Source: Candidatus Fervidifonticultor secundus (GTDB lineage Bacteria; Sysuimicrobiota; Sysuimicrobiia; Sysuimicrobiales; Humicultoraceae). From it: 64,000 nucleotides of DNA. Where the stretch lies: assembly GCA_031459385.1 (NCBI GenBank), contig JAVKIP010000005.1, forward strand, positions 103,216 through 167,215. The letters run 5' to 3'. This document shows positions 1 to 9,132 of the stretch, piece by piece. A program made the translations under genes and the position numbers. The notes beneath the pieces were generated by a model that saw only the letters and a list, made by a program, of their open reading frames with translations, was not told where the DNA came from and searched no databases. Numbering within the stretch: the stretch's first letter is position 1; every line of letters begins with the position of its first letter.

Positions 1-2
1 CC

Positions 3-566
3 GCGGTGCACCGGATGCACGTGCTTGGCGGCCGCGAAGGGTTCGCGACATGCGTCGTAAGCGGGGCGCAGGCCGGCCTCAAGCACGGCCTCCCTCGACG
101 GCGGCCAATGCGGGAGGGAGAGATGGTCTTCACCGACCTGGGCGTGGAGTTCCAGGGCTACATGTCCGACGTCAGCCGGTGCACCGTGGTCGGCGGCCGC
201 GCGGAGGGCTGCGCCCGCGACCTCCTGCAGGTTGGCCTCGACCTCTATCATGCTGGCCTGCAGGTGCTGGGACCGGGCCGGACGATCGACGAGGTCTCGC
301 AGGCGCTGCTGGCGGTCGTCGAGGGCACGCCGTTCGAGCCGTACTACTGCCCCGGCGGATTCGGGCACGGCATCGGCATGGCCGTGCTCGAGGCACCCGG
401 TCTGTACGCCGGTAGCGACACAGAGCTGCAGCCGCGCATGACTGTTGCCTATGAACCCATGGTGGTGGTCGAGGGCCTGGGCACCGGCGTCGTCGAGGAC
501 ACCCTCCTGGTCACCGACACCGGATACGAGCGATTGTCGAACTACCCCGTGGTGACCTGGCTGTAG
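3..566 (+). CDS. M24 family (Xaa-Pro) peptidase, 5' partial
   Basis: Motifs DLG..GYMSDVSR, FGHGIG..EAP and EPM..VVEDT are the pita-bread metal ligands; the frame runs off the window start. Confidence 0.9.
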   Translation, partial: AVHRMHVLGGREGFATCVVSGAQAGLKHGLPRRRPMREGEMVFTDLGVEFQGYMSDVSRCTVVGGRAEGCARDLLQVGLDLYHAGLQVLGPGRTIDEVSQALLAVVEGTPFEPYYCPGGFGHGIGMAVLEAPGLYAGSDTELQPRMTVAYEPMVVVEGLGTGVVEDTLLVTDTGYERLSNYPVVTWL

Positions 567-614
567 CCCGGACGGGCGGCGGGGCTCGGGGATACCGCTG
601 AGGGGAGGAGCCGC

Positions 615-1511
615 ATGGCAAAGGTCGCGTTCTTCGGAGCCGGGATCATGGGCGAGCCCATGGCCGGGCACTTACTAGAGGCGGGACACGAGGTTGTCGT
701 CATGGCCCACCGCAACCGCGCGCCGATCGAGCGCCTGATCGCACGCGGCGCGGTGGAGGCGCGCACCCCGCAGGAGGCGGGCTGGAGGACCGATACCGCG
801 ATCATGATGCTGCCGACCGCGCGCGAGGTGGAGGAGATCGTCTTCGGCGCGGACGGCCTGGCCGCAGCGTTGGGCTCCGGCTATACCATCGTGGACATGA
901 GCACCAGCTATCCGCCCGACACGCGGCGCATCGCGGAGCGGGTCGTGGCGGCAGGCGGGCGGTTCCTCGACGCGCCGGTGACCGGCGGCCCGGCCGGCGC
1001 CCGTAACCGCACGCTGACCATCATGGTGGGCGGCGACCCCGAAACCCTGGAAGCGGCCCGCCCGCTCCTAGAGGCGATGGGGCAGCACGTCCACCACTTC
1101 GGACCGGTCGGCGCCGGCCACACCGCGAAGCTAATCCAGAACATGATCAGCATCGTGGCCAGCGCTGGCATCGCCGAGGGCTTCGCCCTCGCGGCGGCCG
1201 CAGGGCTGGACGTGGCCCAGTTCTTCGCGATGCTCTCCACCTCGACGGCCAACAGTCCCACGCTGCAGTACGTGGTGCCACGTATCCTCAACCGTGACTT
1301 CGAGCGGGTCGGGTTTCGGCTGGACATGGCGTTCAAAGACATCAAGCAGGCGACCGCGCTCGCCCGCGAGCTGACCGTGCCGCTCTTGGCTGCCAATGGG
1401 GCCGCCGAACTTATGCAGCTGGCCCGCGCGCAGGGCTTCGGCCACCTCGACAGTTCGGCCCTGATCCGCGGCCTGGAGGCGGTGCTGGGAATCGAGGTGC
1501 GGCCGAAGTAG
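615..1511 (+). CDS. NAD(P)-dependent 3-hydroxyisobutyrate/tartronate semialdehyde reductase family oxidoreductase
   Basis: GAGIMG Rossmann motif, FLDAPVTGG, catalytic AKLIQN; RBS GGAGGAG. Confidence 0.9.
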   Translation: MAKVAFFGAGIMGEPMAGHLLEAGHEVVVMAHRNRAPIERLIARGAVEARTPQEAGWRTDTAIMMLPTAREVEEIVFGADGLAAALGSGYTIVDMSTSYPPDTRRIAERVVAAGGRFLDAPVTGGPAGARNRTLTIMVGGDPETLEAARPLLEAMGQHVHHFGPVGAGHTAKLIQNMISIVASAGIAEGFALAAAAGLDVAQFFAMLSTSTANSPTLQYVVPRILNRDFERVGFRLDMAFKDIKQATALARELTVPLLAANGAAELMQLARAQGFGHLDSSALIRGLEAVLGIEVRPK

Positions 1512-1696
1512 GACCCTGCTGAGATTCCTTCTCCTCCACTTGTAGCGCGAGCGGCGCCGCGAGACCCAGATCACCGTCCTCGAAGCCCTCGCCGATCTGC
1601 ATCCCACCTCATGCCGACGCCCTCGCTCGAAGCGATCGGCAGGCGGCAATCCGCGCGTACCTGACCTGCGAGCAGGCTCACAGGCCCGCGCTCTGA
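1510..1696 (+). pseudogene. Fragmented SARP/BTAD-family transcriptional activator remnant
   Basis: Three collinear peptide fragments: RTLLRFLLLH (wHTH-like), ERRRETQITVLEALADLH and (HLM)..ALARSDRQAAIRAYLTCEQA (BTAD-like), separated by an in-frame TAG and a frameshift. Confidence 0.55.
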
Positions 1697-1710
1697 CCCC
1701 TGCCTGAGGC

Positions 1711-1744
1711 ATTTCACCCGGATTTCACCACCGTCTCCTATGCT
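1711..1744 (+). promoter_or_regulatory. Tandem direct repeat (11-bp period) plus -10 box; SARP/OmpR-type activator-dependent promoter
   Basis: ATTTCACC at 1711-1718 and 1722-1729, then TATGCT at 1739-1744, with no recognisable -35. Confidence 0.6.
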
Positions 1745-1779
1745 CTCCCCCGACCGAGTGGATTCCGGCGGAGGCGGCC

Positions 1780-1962
1780 GTGGCAGGCGAGATTCAGTCC
1801 GCATCGTTTGTCGTCCGGCTCAGGGTAGACCCCCCAGCACGCCGGCGCTGGTGGGGAGAGGCTCAACATGTCGAGACCGGCGAGCGGATCGCCTTCCGCG
1901 ACCAGGCAAAGCTCCTGGAGTTCCTGCAGCGGCACCTGCGGGAGCTGGAGGACACCCGGTGA
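1780..1962 (+). CDS. Small hypothetical protein (60 aa)
   Basis: GGAGG RBS then GTG; protein-like sequence SFVVRL..W.G...HVETGE...F.D...LL.FL. Confidence 0.75.
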   Translation: MAGEIQSASFVVRLRVDPPARRRWWGEAQHVETGERIAFRDQAKLLEFLQRHLRELEDTR

Positions 1963-1984
1963 GTCGCTGGCGGAGGTGAGGACG

Positions 1985-2758
1985 ATGCGGTGGATTGTGG
2001 CAGTGTGCGCCATGGTCGTCGGGATCGCCCTGACCGCGGGCGGGCTTGCCGGCGCCCAGACCGTGGCCACCATCATGGCGGCGAAGCTCATGGAGCCGAA
2101 TCAGAAGACAGCAGAAGTTTCAACTGAGGAACTTCTCAAGATCCTCGCCGATGGAAGCGCCATCGTCTTCGATGCGCGGCCACACCTGGAATGGGCCATC
2201 AGCCACATCCCAAGCGCCTACAACGTCGCTCCCAAACCCGGGGTGCCGATGTCGCAGTACGTGTCGGACGTGAACGAGGTCTTGCGAGCGGTCAACGGCG
2301 ACAAAACCGCACCCATCGTCCTGTACTGCAACGGTCCCTTCTGCGGGAAGAGCAAGCGGCTGGGCGAGGAACTGGTGGCGGCCGGGTTCACCAACGTGCG
2401 TCGGTACCAGCTTGCTGCGCCGACCTGGCGGGCGCTGGTCGGCTACATGGAGATCGAACTCGACGGCGTTCTCTACACCTACCGGAACGACAAAACAGCC
2501 GTGTTCGTGGACGCCCGATCCTCGGAGGATTTCAAGGCCGGGTCGATCGCTGGCGCCAAGAGCATCCCCTTGGCCGATGTGAAGGCCGCGAAGGACGACG
2601 GCCGCCTGCCGATGGAGGACCACAACACGCGGATCATTGTCTTCGGGAAGGACAGCGCGCAGGCGCAGGCCGTCGCCAAGGCCATCGCAAAGGAGGCCTT
2701 CCACAACGTCACATACTTCGTGGGGACCTACAGCACGCTGCGCTCGGTGATTACGTAG
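1985..2758 (+). CDS. Secreted tandem rhodanese-domain protein
   Basis: RBS GGAGGTGA and ATG at 1985; signal peptide ending AGA-Q; DAR..HIP motif with active loop YCNGPFCGKS; second DAR domain lacks the Cys. Confidence 0.85.
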   Translation: MRWIVAVCAMVVGIALTAGGLAGAQTVATIMAAKLMEPNQKTAEVSTEELLKILADGSAIVFDARPHLEWAISHIPSAYNVAPKPGVPMSQYVSDVNEVLRAVNGDKTAPIVLYCNGPFCGKSKRLGEELVAAGFTNVRRYQLAAPTWRALVGYMEIELDGVLYTYRNDKTAVFVDARSSEDFKAGSIAGAKSIPLADVKAAKDDGRLPMEDHNTRIIVFGKDSAQAQAVAKAIAKEAFHNVTYFVGTYSTLRSVIT

Positions 2759-3062
2759 CAGGCAGGCCGGCAGCGTGGCGCTGATGCGGCTCTTGTCGGC
2801 GCTGCATGCCGCATCGGCTACGGGAGGGCAAGAACGTTAGGAGCAGAGGCACGAATCGCACCAAGCAATGTGTACAAGAATCGCTCCGGACTTTCGGGAG
2901 TTTGGCTTGGTCGTCAGCCGACGGTGGAGCCGGACACGCAAGTATACCCTCGCCAGAGAGCATGTGCCCCACAGGCGTGTCCTCGCGATGTCGCTGAAGG
3001 ACTCAGTCCCTTCCCACCCCTGAGGCGTGATGGTCTGATGCCAGCAACACCGAACAAAGACC

Positions 3063-3148
3063 TGGTGCCGGGAGGGGGATTTGAACCCCCACGGGAAACC
3101 CCACACGCCCCTCAAGCGTGCGCGTCTGCCAGATTCCGCCATCCCGGC
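3063..3148 (-). tRNA. tRNA-Leu (anticodon GAG)
   Basis: Reverse complement GCCGGGATGGCGGAATCTGGCAGACGCGCACGCTTGAGGGGCGTG..GGTTCAAATCC..CCCGGCACCA: cloverleaf, long variable arm, encoded CCA. Confidence 0.96.
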
Positions 3149-3183
3149 GCGAGCACCCGACGACTCCTCTCGGGAGCAGCGTC

Positions 3184-3212
3184 ATTATAAAAACCGGCTG
3201 CGGCCCTGTCAA
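3184..3212 (-). promoter_or_regulatory. Consensus sigma70/sigmaA promoter for tRNA-Leu
   Basis: TTGACA-17 bp-TATAAT on the minus strand. Confidence 0.9.
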
Positions 3213-3246
3213 ACCGCGGTGTAAGTGATGCGAAACTCCTGGCGCG

Positions 3247-3594
3247 CTACCGCCCGGCAGCCCAGATCGTGTACCAGAACAGGATCTCGACCGCGCGGGC
3301 GCTCTCGTTGATGATCTTCACCGGCCGTCCGGTCACCGTACCGGCCTGCCCGCTGGCGCGCATGCGCACCGGCACGCACCGGCCCTCCTCGGTGCACCGC
3401 TCCAGGAACACGAACGGCGGTGGCGGCGAGGGGCGGACGAAACTCCAGGTGAACGTCAGGGGCTGCCCGGGTGCCGCAGCCCGCGGGGGCAGGGGGAAGG
3501 TGACCTCCACCGTCCGCCTGGGGGGCACGTGTACCTGGTACGTGGCCGTGTGTGCTTCCACCCACGGCACAACCCCGGCGGCGACGGCGAGCAT
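3247..3594 (-). CDS. Hypothetical, probably exported, beta-rich protein
   Basis: ORF between secG and the tRNA with a short hydrophobic N-terminus and a CxxxxxC pair; start uncertain. Confidence 0.55.
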   Translation of the reverse strand: MLAVAAGVVPWVEAHTATYQVHVPPRRTVEVTFPLPPRAAAPGQPLTFTWSFVRPSPPPPFVFLERCTEEGRCVPVRMRASGQAGTVTGRPVKIINESARAVEILFWYTIWAAGR

Positions 3595-3644
3595 GACGAC
3601 GGGCGCCGGAGCCCGGCGCCCACTGGCACGCTGGCTGGTCGTCG

Positions 3645-3872
3645 CTAGCGCCAGAACGCCAGCACGCTTGCGATCAGCACGAACGCGATCGAGAAGCCGG
3701 CGGTGACCCTGGTGAGCAGCGTCTCGCGCGGGCGCGGGCCATGGAACAGCCGCGCGCTGCCGCCGATGGCGCCCAGGCCCTCGCCCTTGGGCCCCTGCAG
3801 CAGGATGATCCCGATGAGCGCCAGCGCGATCACCAGGTACACGATGTAGAGCGCAAGGGGGATGTCTGCCAC
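3645..3872 (-). CDS. secG: Preprotein translocase subunit SecG
   Basis: Two TM segments, ILLQGPKGEGLGAIGG motif; follows tpiA. Confidence 0.93.
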   Translation of the reverse strand: MADIPLALYIVYLVIALALIGIILLQGPKGEGLGAIGGSARLFHGPRPRETLLTRVTAGFSIAFVLIASVLAFWR

Positions 3873-3969
3873 CTGAGTGTCCTCCCTGTGACCGCCCCAA
3901 GACCAGCAGCGTCGCTGCCCGGAGCGCCCCTCATGCTAACACCCGCGGGCGCAGGCTTCAAGCGCTGCG

Positions 3970-4743
3970 CTACTCAGCACCGACCCGCACGCCGCGCACC
4001 GCCCGCACGATCGCCGCGAAGGCGTCGGCCTGCAGACTGGCGCCGCCGACCAGCGCGCCGTCCACGTCGGGCTGCGCGGCGAACTCCTCGATCGTCTGCG
4101 GCGTGACGCTGCCACCGTAGAGCACGCGGACGGCCTGGGCGGCCTCGCCGAACCGCTCGCGCAGCCAGGCACGTAGTAGCCCGGCCACGCGGCCGGCCTC
4201 CGCGCCGGTCGCGGGCCGGCCGGTCCCGATGGCCCAGACCGGCTCGTAGGCCACGACCAGGTGCGGGACCTGGGCCGCGGTCACGTCGGCGACGCCGGCG
4301 CGCACCTGCGCTTGCAGCACGGCCTCGGTGCCACCGGCCTCCCGCTCCTCCAGCGTCTCGCCCACGCAGAGGATGGGCACCAGGTCGTGCGCGAAGGCGG
4401 CCGCGATCTTTCGCTGCACCATGGCGTCGGTCTCGCCCAGGCCGTGCCGGCGCTCGGAGTGTCCGACGATCACATGGGTGCACGCCAGGTCCCGCAGCAT
4501 CGGCGCGGCGATCTCGCCCGTGAACGCTCCCTGCGGGGCCCAGTGCACGTTCTGCGCGCCCAGCGCGAGCGACGAACCGGCCAGGGCGCGGCCGACGTCG
4601 GCCAGCGCCGTGTAGGGCGGGCAGACGACCACATCGATCCCCTCCAGGCCGTCGAGCATCTGCCGCAGCGCGGCGGCCAGGGCCACGGCCTCGCGTACGG
4701 TCAGGTGCATCTTCCAGTTGCCGGCCACGAGCGGCGTGCGCAT
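3970..4743 (-). CDS. tpiA: Triosephosphate isomerase
   Basis: AGNWKM, GHSERR, AYEPVWAIGTG, LVGGASL. Confidence 0.98.
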   Translation of the reverse strand: MRTPLVAGNWKMHLTVREAVALAAALRQMLDGLEGIDVVVCPPYTALADVGRALAGSSLALGAQNVHWAPQGAFTGEIAAPMLRDLACTHVIVGHSERRHGLGETDAMVQRKIAAAFAHDLVPILCVGETLEEREAGGTEAVLQAQVRAGVADVTAAQVPHLVVAYEPVWAIGTGRPATGAEAGRVAGLLRAWLRERFGEAAQAVRVLYGGSVTPQTIEEFAAQPDVDGALVGGASLQADAFAAIVRAVRGVRVGAE

Positions 4744-4806
4744 CGCTACCTCCTGGCACGGACCGCGTGCGGTCGCACCGGGCGCGTCATGCGTGGACGG
4801 CGGGGG

Positions 4807-5988
4807 TCATGCGTCCTGCAGCGCTGCCACGCCCGGCAGCTCGCGCCCCTCCAGGAACTCCAGCGCCGCGCCGCCGCCAGTCGAGACGTGCGTCATGCGG
4901 TCGGCCAGCCCGAACTCGTCCACTGCTGCGGCGGTGTCGCCGCCACCCACGATGGTGACGGCCGCCGAGCGGGCCATGGCCTCGGCCACGGCGCGGGTGC
5001 CGGCGGCGAACGCAGGGATCTCGAAGACCCCCATGGGACCGTTCCACAGCACCGTGCCCGCCTGGGCGATGACGCCGGCGAAGTGCGCGGCGGTCTCGGG
5101 GCCGATGTCCACCCCGGCCCAGTCCGGCGGGATGGCCGTGGCGGGCACGACGCGCCAGGGCGCGTCGGCACGCACGGCCTGGGCGACCACGACGTCCACC
5201 GGCAGGTGCACGGCCACCCCGCGACTGACGCCGTCAGCCAGCAGGCTCGCCGCCAGTGCCAGCCGGTCGGTCTCGCAGATCGACGCCCCGATCTCGACTC
5301 CCCTGGCCCGCAGGAACGTGTACGCCATCCCGCCGCCGATCAGCAGCGCGTCGGCCCGCGTCAGCAGGTGCTGGATCACCGCGATCTTGTCCGACACCTT
5401 CTTGCCGCCGAGGACGGCGACGAACGGGCGCGCCGGGTGCTCCAGCGCCTGGCCCAGGTGGCGCAGCTCCTTCTCCATCAGGAAGCCGGCGACGGCCGGC
5501 AGGAGCGCGGCGACGCCCGCCGTGGAGGCGTGCGCTCGGTGGGCGGTACCGAAGGCGTCGTTCACGTACAGGTCGGCCAGGGCCGCGAGCTGTGCCGCGA
5601 ACGCCTGGTCGTTGGCCTCCTCGCCCGCGTGGAAGCGCAGGTTCTCCAGGAGCACGACCTGGCCGGGCTGCAGGGCCGCCACCGCGGCCGCAACCTCCGG
5701 ACCGACGCAGTCCGGCAGCACCGGCACCTGCTGCCCCAGCAGCACACTCAGGCGCTTGGCCACCGGCCCCAGGTGGAAGCGCGGGTCGGGCCGGCCGCCA
5801 GGTCGCCCCAGGTGCGAGGCCAGGATGACCCGGGCCCCGCGTTCGACCAGGAAGCGGATCGTCGGAAGGGCCTCGCGGATCCGGCGGTCGTCGGTGATCG
5901 CCTCGCCGTCCATGGGGACGTTGAAGTCAACGCGCACCAGAACCCGCTTGCCGGCCACGTCCACGTCGCGAATCGTCTTCTTTGCCAT
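4807..5988 (-). CDS. pgk: Phosphoglycerate kinase
   Basis: [33 protein letters not shown]. Confidence 0.98.
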   Translation of the reverse strand: MAKKTIRDVDVAGKRVLVRVDFNVPMDGEAITDDRRIREALPTIRFLVERGARVILASHLGRPGGRPDPRFHLGPVAKRLSVLLGQQVPVLPDCVGPEVAAAVAALQPGQVVLLENLRFHAGEEANDQAFAAQLAALADLYVNDAFGTAHRAHASTAGVAALLPAVAGFLMEKELRHLGQALEHPARPFVAVLGGKKVSDKIAVIQHLLTRADALLIGGGMAYTFLRARGVEIGASICETDRLALAASLLADGVSRGVAVHLPVDVVVAQAVRADAPWRVVPATAIPPDWAGVDIGPETAAHFAGVIAQAGTVLWNGPMGVFEIPAFAAGTRAVAEAMARSAAVTIVGGGDTAAAVDEFGLADRMTHVSTGGGAALEFLEGRELPGVAALQDA

Positions 5989-6087
5989 GGCTTCTGCCCC
6001 GCGCGCCGGCGCGGGGCGCGCCGCGGCCCCTCGTCCGCGCGCGAGGGCCGCGGGCGGATCGCCCGCGGCCCCCCGCCACCCGCCGGG

Positions 6088-7101
6088 CTACAACCCGCGC
6101 TCGTACATGTACGCGACCAGGTCGGCCACGCGGCACGCGTATCCCCACTCGTTGTCGTACCAGGTCATGACCTTCACGAACGTGTCGTGCAGCACGGTGG
6201 TGAGCGGCCCGTCCACGATGCCCGAGCGGGGGTCGCCCTTGAAGTCCATCGAGACGAGTTCTTCCTCGGAGAACCCCAGGACCTTGCGCATGTCGCCCGC
6301 GGCGTGGCGCTTGAACGCCGCGTTGACCTCCTCGGCCGAGGCCGGCCGCTCCAGCTCGCACACCAGGTCGACGATCGACACCGTCGGGGTCGGCACCCGC
6401 AGCGCGATGCCGTGCATGCGGCCCTTGAGCTCGGGCAGTACCAGGAAGATCGCCTTGGCCGCACCGGTCGTCGCCGGGATGATGTTCAAGGCCGCGGCGC
6501 GCGCCTCGCGCAGGTTCTCCCCGACCACGTCCAGGATGCGCTGGGTGTTCGTGTACGAGTGCACGGTGGTCATGAAGCCACGCGCGATGCCAAACTCGCG
6601 GCTCAGCACCTTGGCGGTCACGGCCAGGGCGTTGGTGGTGCACGAGCCGTTGCTTACGATGGTATGCCGGGCCGGGTCGTACAGCTCGTGGTTGACGCCC
6701 ATGTTCACCGTGAGGTCCTCGCCCTTGCCCGGCGCGCTGATCACGACCTTCTGCGCGCCGTGGACCAGGTGCCCGCGGGCCTTCTCGGCCGCGGTGAACC
6801 GCCCGGTGGACTCCACCACGATCTGGGCGCCCACCTGGTCCCAGGGGATCTGGGCCGGGTCGCGTTCGGAGAAGACGCGGATCTCGTGGCCGTCGATCAC
6901 CAGCACGCTGTCCCGGGCTGTGACGGTCCCCGGATAGGTGCCGTAGTTGGAGTCGTACTTGAAGAGGTGCGCGTTCGTCTGCAGATCGGCGATGTCGTTG
7001 ATGGCCACGACCTCGATGTCTTCGGGGTACCGCTCGCGCATCGCCCGCAGGGACTGTCGGCCGATGCGCCCGAAGCCGTTGATTCCCACCCGAACTGGCA
7101 T
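6088..7101 (-). CDS. gap: Type I glyceraldehyde-3-phosphate dehydrogenase
   Basis: [24 protein letters not shown] at 7101 with GGAGG RBS. Confidence 0.98.
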   Translation of the reverse strand: MPVRVGINGFGRIGRQSLRAMRERYPEDIEVVAINDIADLQTNAHLFKYDSNYGTYPGTVTARDSVLVIDGHEIRVFSERDPAQIPWDQVGAQIVVESTGRFTAAEKARGHLVHGAQKVVISAPGKGEDLTVNMGVNHELYDPARHTIVSNGSCTTNALAVTAKVLSREFGIARGFMTTVHSYTNTQRILDVVGENLREARAAALNIIPATTGAAKAIFLVLPELKGRMHGIALRVPTPTVSIVDLVCELERPASAEEVNAAFKRHAAGDMRKVLGFSEEELVSMDFKGDPRSGIVDGPLTTVLHDTFVKVMTWYDNEWGYACRVADLVAYMYERGL

Positions 7102-7288
7102 CCTCCACCTCCTCGCCGCGGGCGCACACTCCCGCACGCCTCCAGGGTAGCGCACGCCGTCGCCGACTGTCATCGGGCCCCGACCCGATCCGCTCGCGCG
7201 CCGGCGCGCCCCGCGCCCGGCGCGGTCCGTCTACGGGTCAGTCAGCCGCGCCCGTGGGGCGTGGCCGGCCTCGCGCGCGGACCGTGGC

Positions 7289-7654
7289 CTACCCGCGACG
7301 CGCGTCGGACCGATCGACCTTCAGGTAGGTGGCCAGCACGTCGCGCCGGATGAAGCCGATGTTGTCGAAAATGCGGATGCTGAAAGCGATGACGGCGCCC
7401 AGGTAGATGTCCAGTCCCAGCAGGTCCCCGATGGCCGTCAGCAGGGCGGCGAACCCGGCGTTCACCACGAATCCCGAGAGGAAGATCAGCAAGTCGAACC
7501 GCTCCTCGAGCTGGGCGCGCAGCCCGCCGAGCACCGTGTCGATCGCGGCCAGGATGGCGATGGCGGTGTACTTCACGTAGCCCAGCGGGATCTCCACCGA
7601 CACCAGGAAGCCCAGCACGACGCCCACGACCAGGCCGAGCAGCGGCAGCCACAT
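7289..7654 (-). CDS. sbp: Small basic protein Sbp (DUF1290) family membrane protein
   Basis: YTAIAILAAIDTVLGGLRA, GD.LG.DIYLG...RIF.N...IRR motifs. Confidence 0.88.
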   Translation of the reverse strand: MWLPLLGLVVGVVLGFLVSVEIPLGYVKYTAIAILAAIDTVLGGLRAQLEERFDLLIFLSGFVVNAGFAALLTAIGDLLGLDIYLGAVIAFSIRIFDNIGFIRRDVLATYLKVDRSDARRG

Positions 7655-7666
7655 GGACGATCCCTC

Positions 7667-8416
7667 CTACTGCGGTAGGCCCGTGCGCACGTGCTCGAAC
7701 CGGTAGATCCCGCGGTAGCCCGGCAGGGTGACGCGCGCCTGCCGCGAGATGCGCGCAGGGAAGTCAAAGGCCGCCAGCAGCTCCAGCGCGCCGCCTCGCC
7801 GGCGCAGGGCTGCCAGCAGTCGGTCGGGGTCGCCAATGGCGCTGATCACGTACGGCGGGGCCAGCCGCTTGGCGTTGCAGAGGATGGTGGTGCCGACGCA
7901 GTTGATGCCGGTGCTGGACACGATTCGTTCGCCGTTGATCGCGATCGCCTCGGCCCCGGCCGCCCACAGCTCGGCCACCACGGCGTAGAGGTCCGAGTAG
8001 TGCAGGATGGTCTTGTTGGGATCCTCGCCGGGGCGGGGTGGTCGGGGGCTGTCGTTGAGCTCGACCACCACGCCGGGGCCCTCCAGCGGGGTGAGCCCGG
8101 CGCGGGCACGCAGCTCCTGGAGCGCGCGGTTCAGCCGGGCAGCCGCCGTTCGCCGTTCTGCCGCGGCCTTCTCATAGTCCTGGAGGCGGGCCCGCAGGTC
8201 GGCGATCTCGGCTTCCAGGGTAGCCCGGTGGCGCTCCTGATCCCGCAGGTTCACGGCCAGCTGTTCCAGCTCCGTCGGCGGAATCTGCAGAGTGCGCCGG
8301 ACCTGCCAGACCGTGCGCACCTGGACGACCACGACGAAGCCGACCAGCGCCAGCAGCCCGGCCAGCCAGGCCTGCCACTGGTGCCCACGCGGCGCCGCTG
8401 CGGCGGGGTGCACCAT
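7667..8416 (-). CDS. DUF881 (YlxW/YlxX-like) protein
   Basis: N-terminal TM, coiled coil, AGLT.LEGPGV.V.L.D, ELWAAGAEAIAING, PPYVISAIG. Confidence 0.9.
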   Translation of the reverse strand: MVHPAAAAPRGHQWQAWLAGLLALVGFVVVVQVRTVWQVRRTLQIPPTELEQLAVNLRDQERHRATLEAEIADLRARLQDYEKAAAERRTAAARLNRALQELRARAGLTPLEGPGVVVELNDSPRPPRPGEDPNKTILHYSDLYAVVAELWAAGAEAIAINGERIVSSTGINCVGTTILCNAKRLAPPYVISAIGDPDRLLAALRRRGGALELLAAFDFPARISRQARVTLPGYRGIYRFEHVRTGLPQ

Positions 8417-8421
8417 GCGCG

Positions 8422-9063
8422 TCAGGCCCCCGCTTCCTTGGCCTCGAGCTTCTTCTTGATGCGCTTCAGGCGGAAGACGTCCTCGCGGGCACGCTGCTCC
8501 AGCACCGACGAGATGTACCGGGTCTCCATGCGCAGCCGCGGGATGACCACCTGCTCCAGGGCGTTGACCCGCCGCGTGGTCTTCTTGATCTCCTCGCCGA
8601 TCTTGCGCAGCTTGATCTCGGTGGCCGCCACGGCCAGGATGGCGCTCACCACTTCCTCGAACTGGCTCGTGCTCTCCATGGTGCGCGCGCTGGTGGCCAC
8701 CGGGTTCTGCCCGCGCTCCAGCAGCGGCCGCCGGACGTCGGTGATGGCCACCTCCGGGATCTTCGTGCCCCAGACGTTCCGGATCGCGATGTTCAGCAGC
8801 ACGTCCCGCTGCGCCGGGATGGCGGCCGCCTCCAGCGCCTCGCGGCCCTCGAAGGCCTTGGCCAGGGTCAGCATCACGTAGGCCTCGCGACAGGCGGCAC
8901 TGAGCCGTTGGCGGGCCTGGAGCGACTCGCGGACGATCTTGAAGAAGTCGGCCACCAGCGCGTCGCGCTTGCGCTTGAGCAGATCCACGCCCTGCTGCGC
9001 GACGCGCAGCTGGTTGCGCCGCTGCAGCAGGTTCATGCGAGTCGGGCTGATGACTTCCGCCAT
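8422..9063 (-). CDS. ntpD: V/A-type ATP synthase subunit D
   Basis: PTRMNL, LLKRKRDAL, KKTTRRVNALE. Confidence 0.96.
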   Translation of the reverse strand: MAEVISPTRMNLLQRRNQLRVAQQGVDLLKRKRDALVADFFKIVRESLQARQRLSAACREAYVMLTLAKAFEGREALEAAAIPAQRDVLLNIAIRNVWGTKIPEVAITDVRRPLLERGQNPVATSARTMESTSQFEEVVSAILAVAATEIKLRKIGEEIKKTTRRVNALEQVVIPRLRMETRYISSVLEQRAREDVFRLKRIKKKLEAKEAGA

Positions 9064-9132
9064 GCGCGCTCCTCGGCTCCCGTCAGCGCCCGGGCCGTGG
9101 CGCCGCCCCCGGCGCGGCGCCGGCCCCCGACG

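Noticed and set aside
2780..2845. GATGCGGC..GCCGCATC hairpin followed by GTTAGG, resembling an integron attC site
   Set aside because: No inverse core site (RYYYAAC), single copy, no integrase
5989..6087. GC-rich intergenic hairpins (also near 7190-7290, 9065-9130, 17035-17090) as a REP/CRISPR-like repeat family
   Set aside because: The stems share no common sequence or regular spacing; no CRISPR array was seen anywhere in the window
6620..6660. GAPDH motif SCTTNALA lacking the second cysteine
   Set aside because: The catalytic Cys is intact; loss of the second Cys is known in functional GAPDHs
4261..7353. Very long antisense/alternative-frame ORFs (e.g. 1030 aa at 4261-7353, 859 aa at 14287-16866, 883 aa at 21292-23943)
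   Set aside because: Shadow ORFs expected from high-GC codon bias opposite well-supported genes; no recognisable motifs
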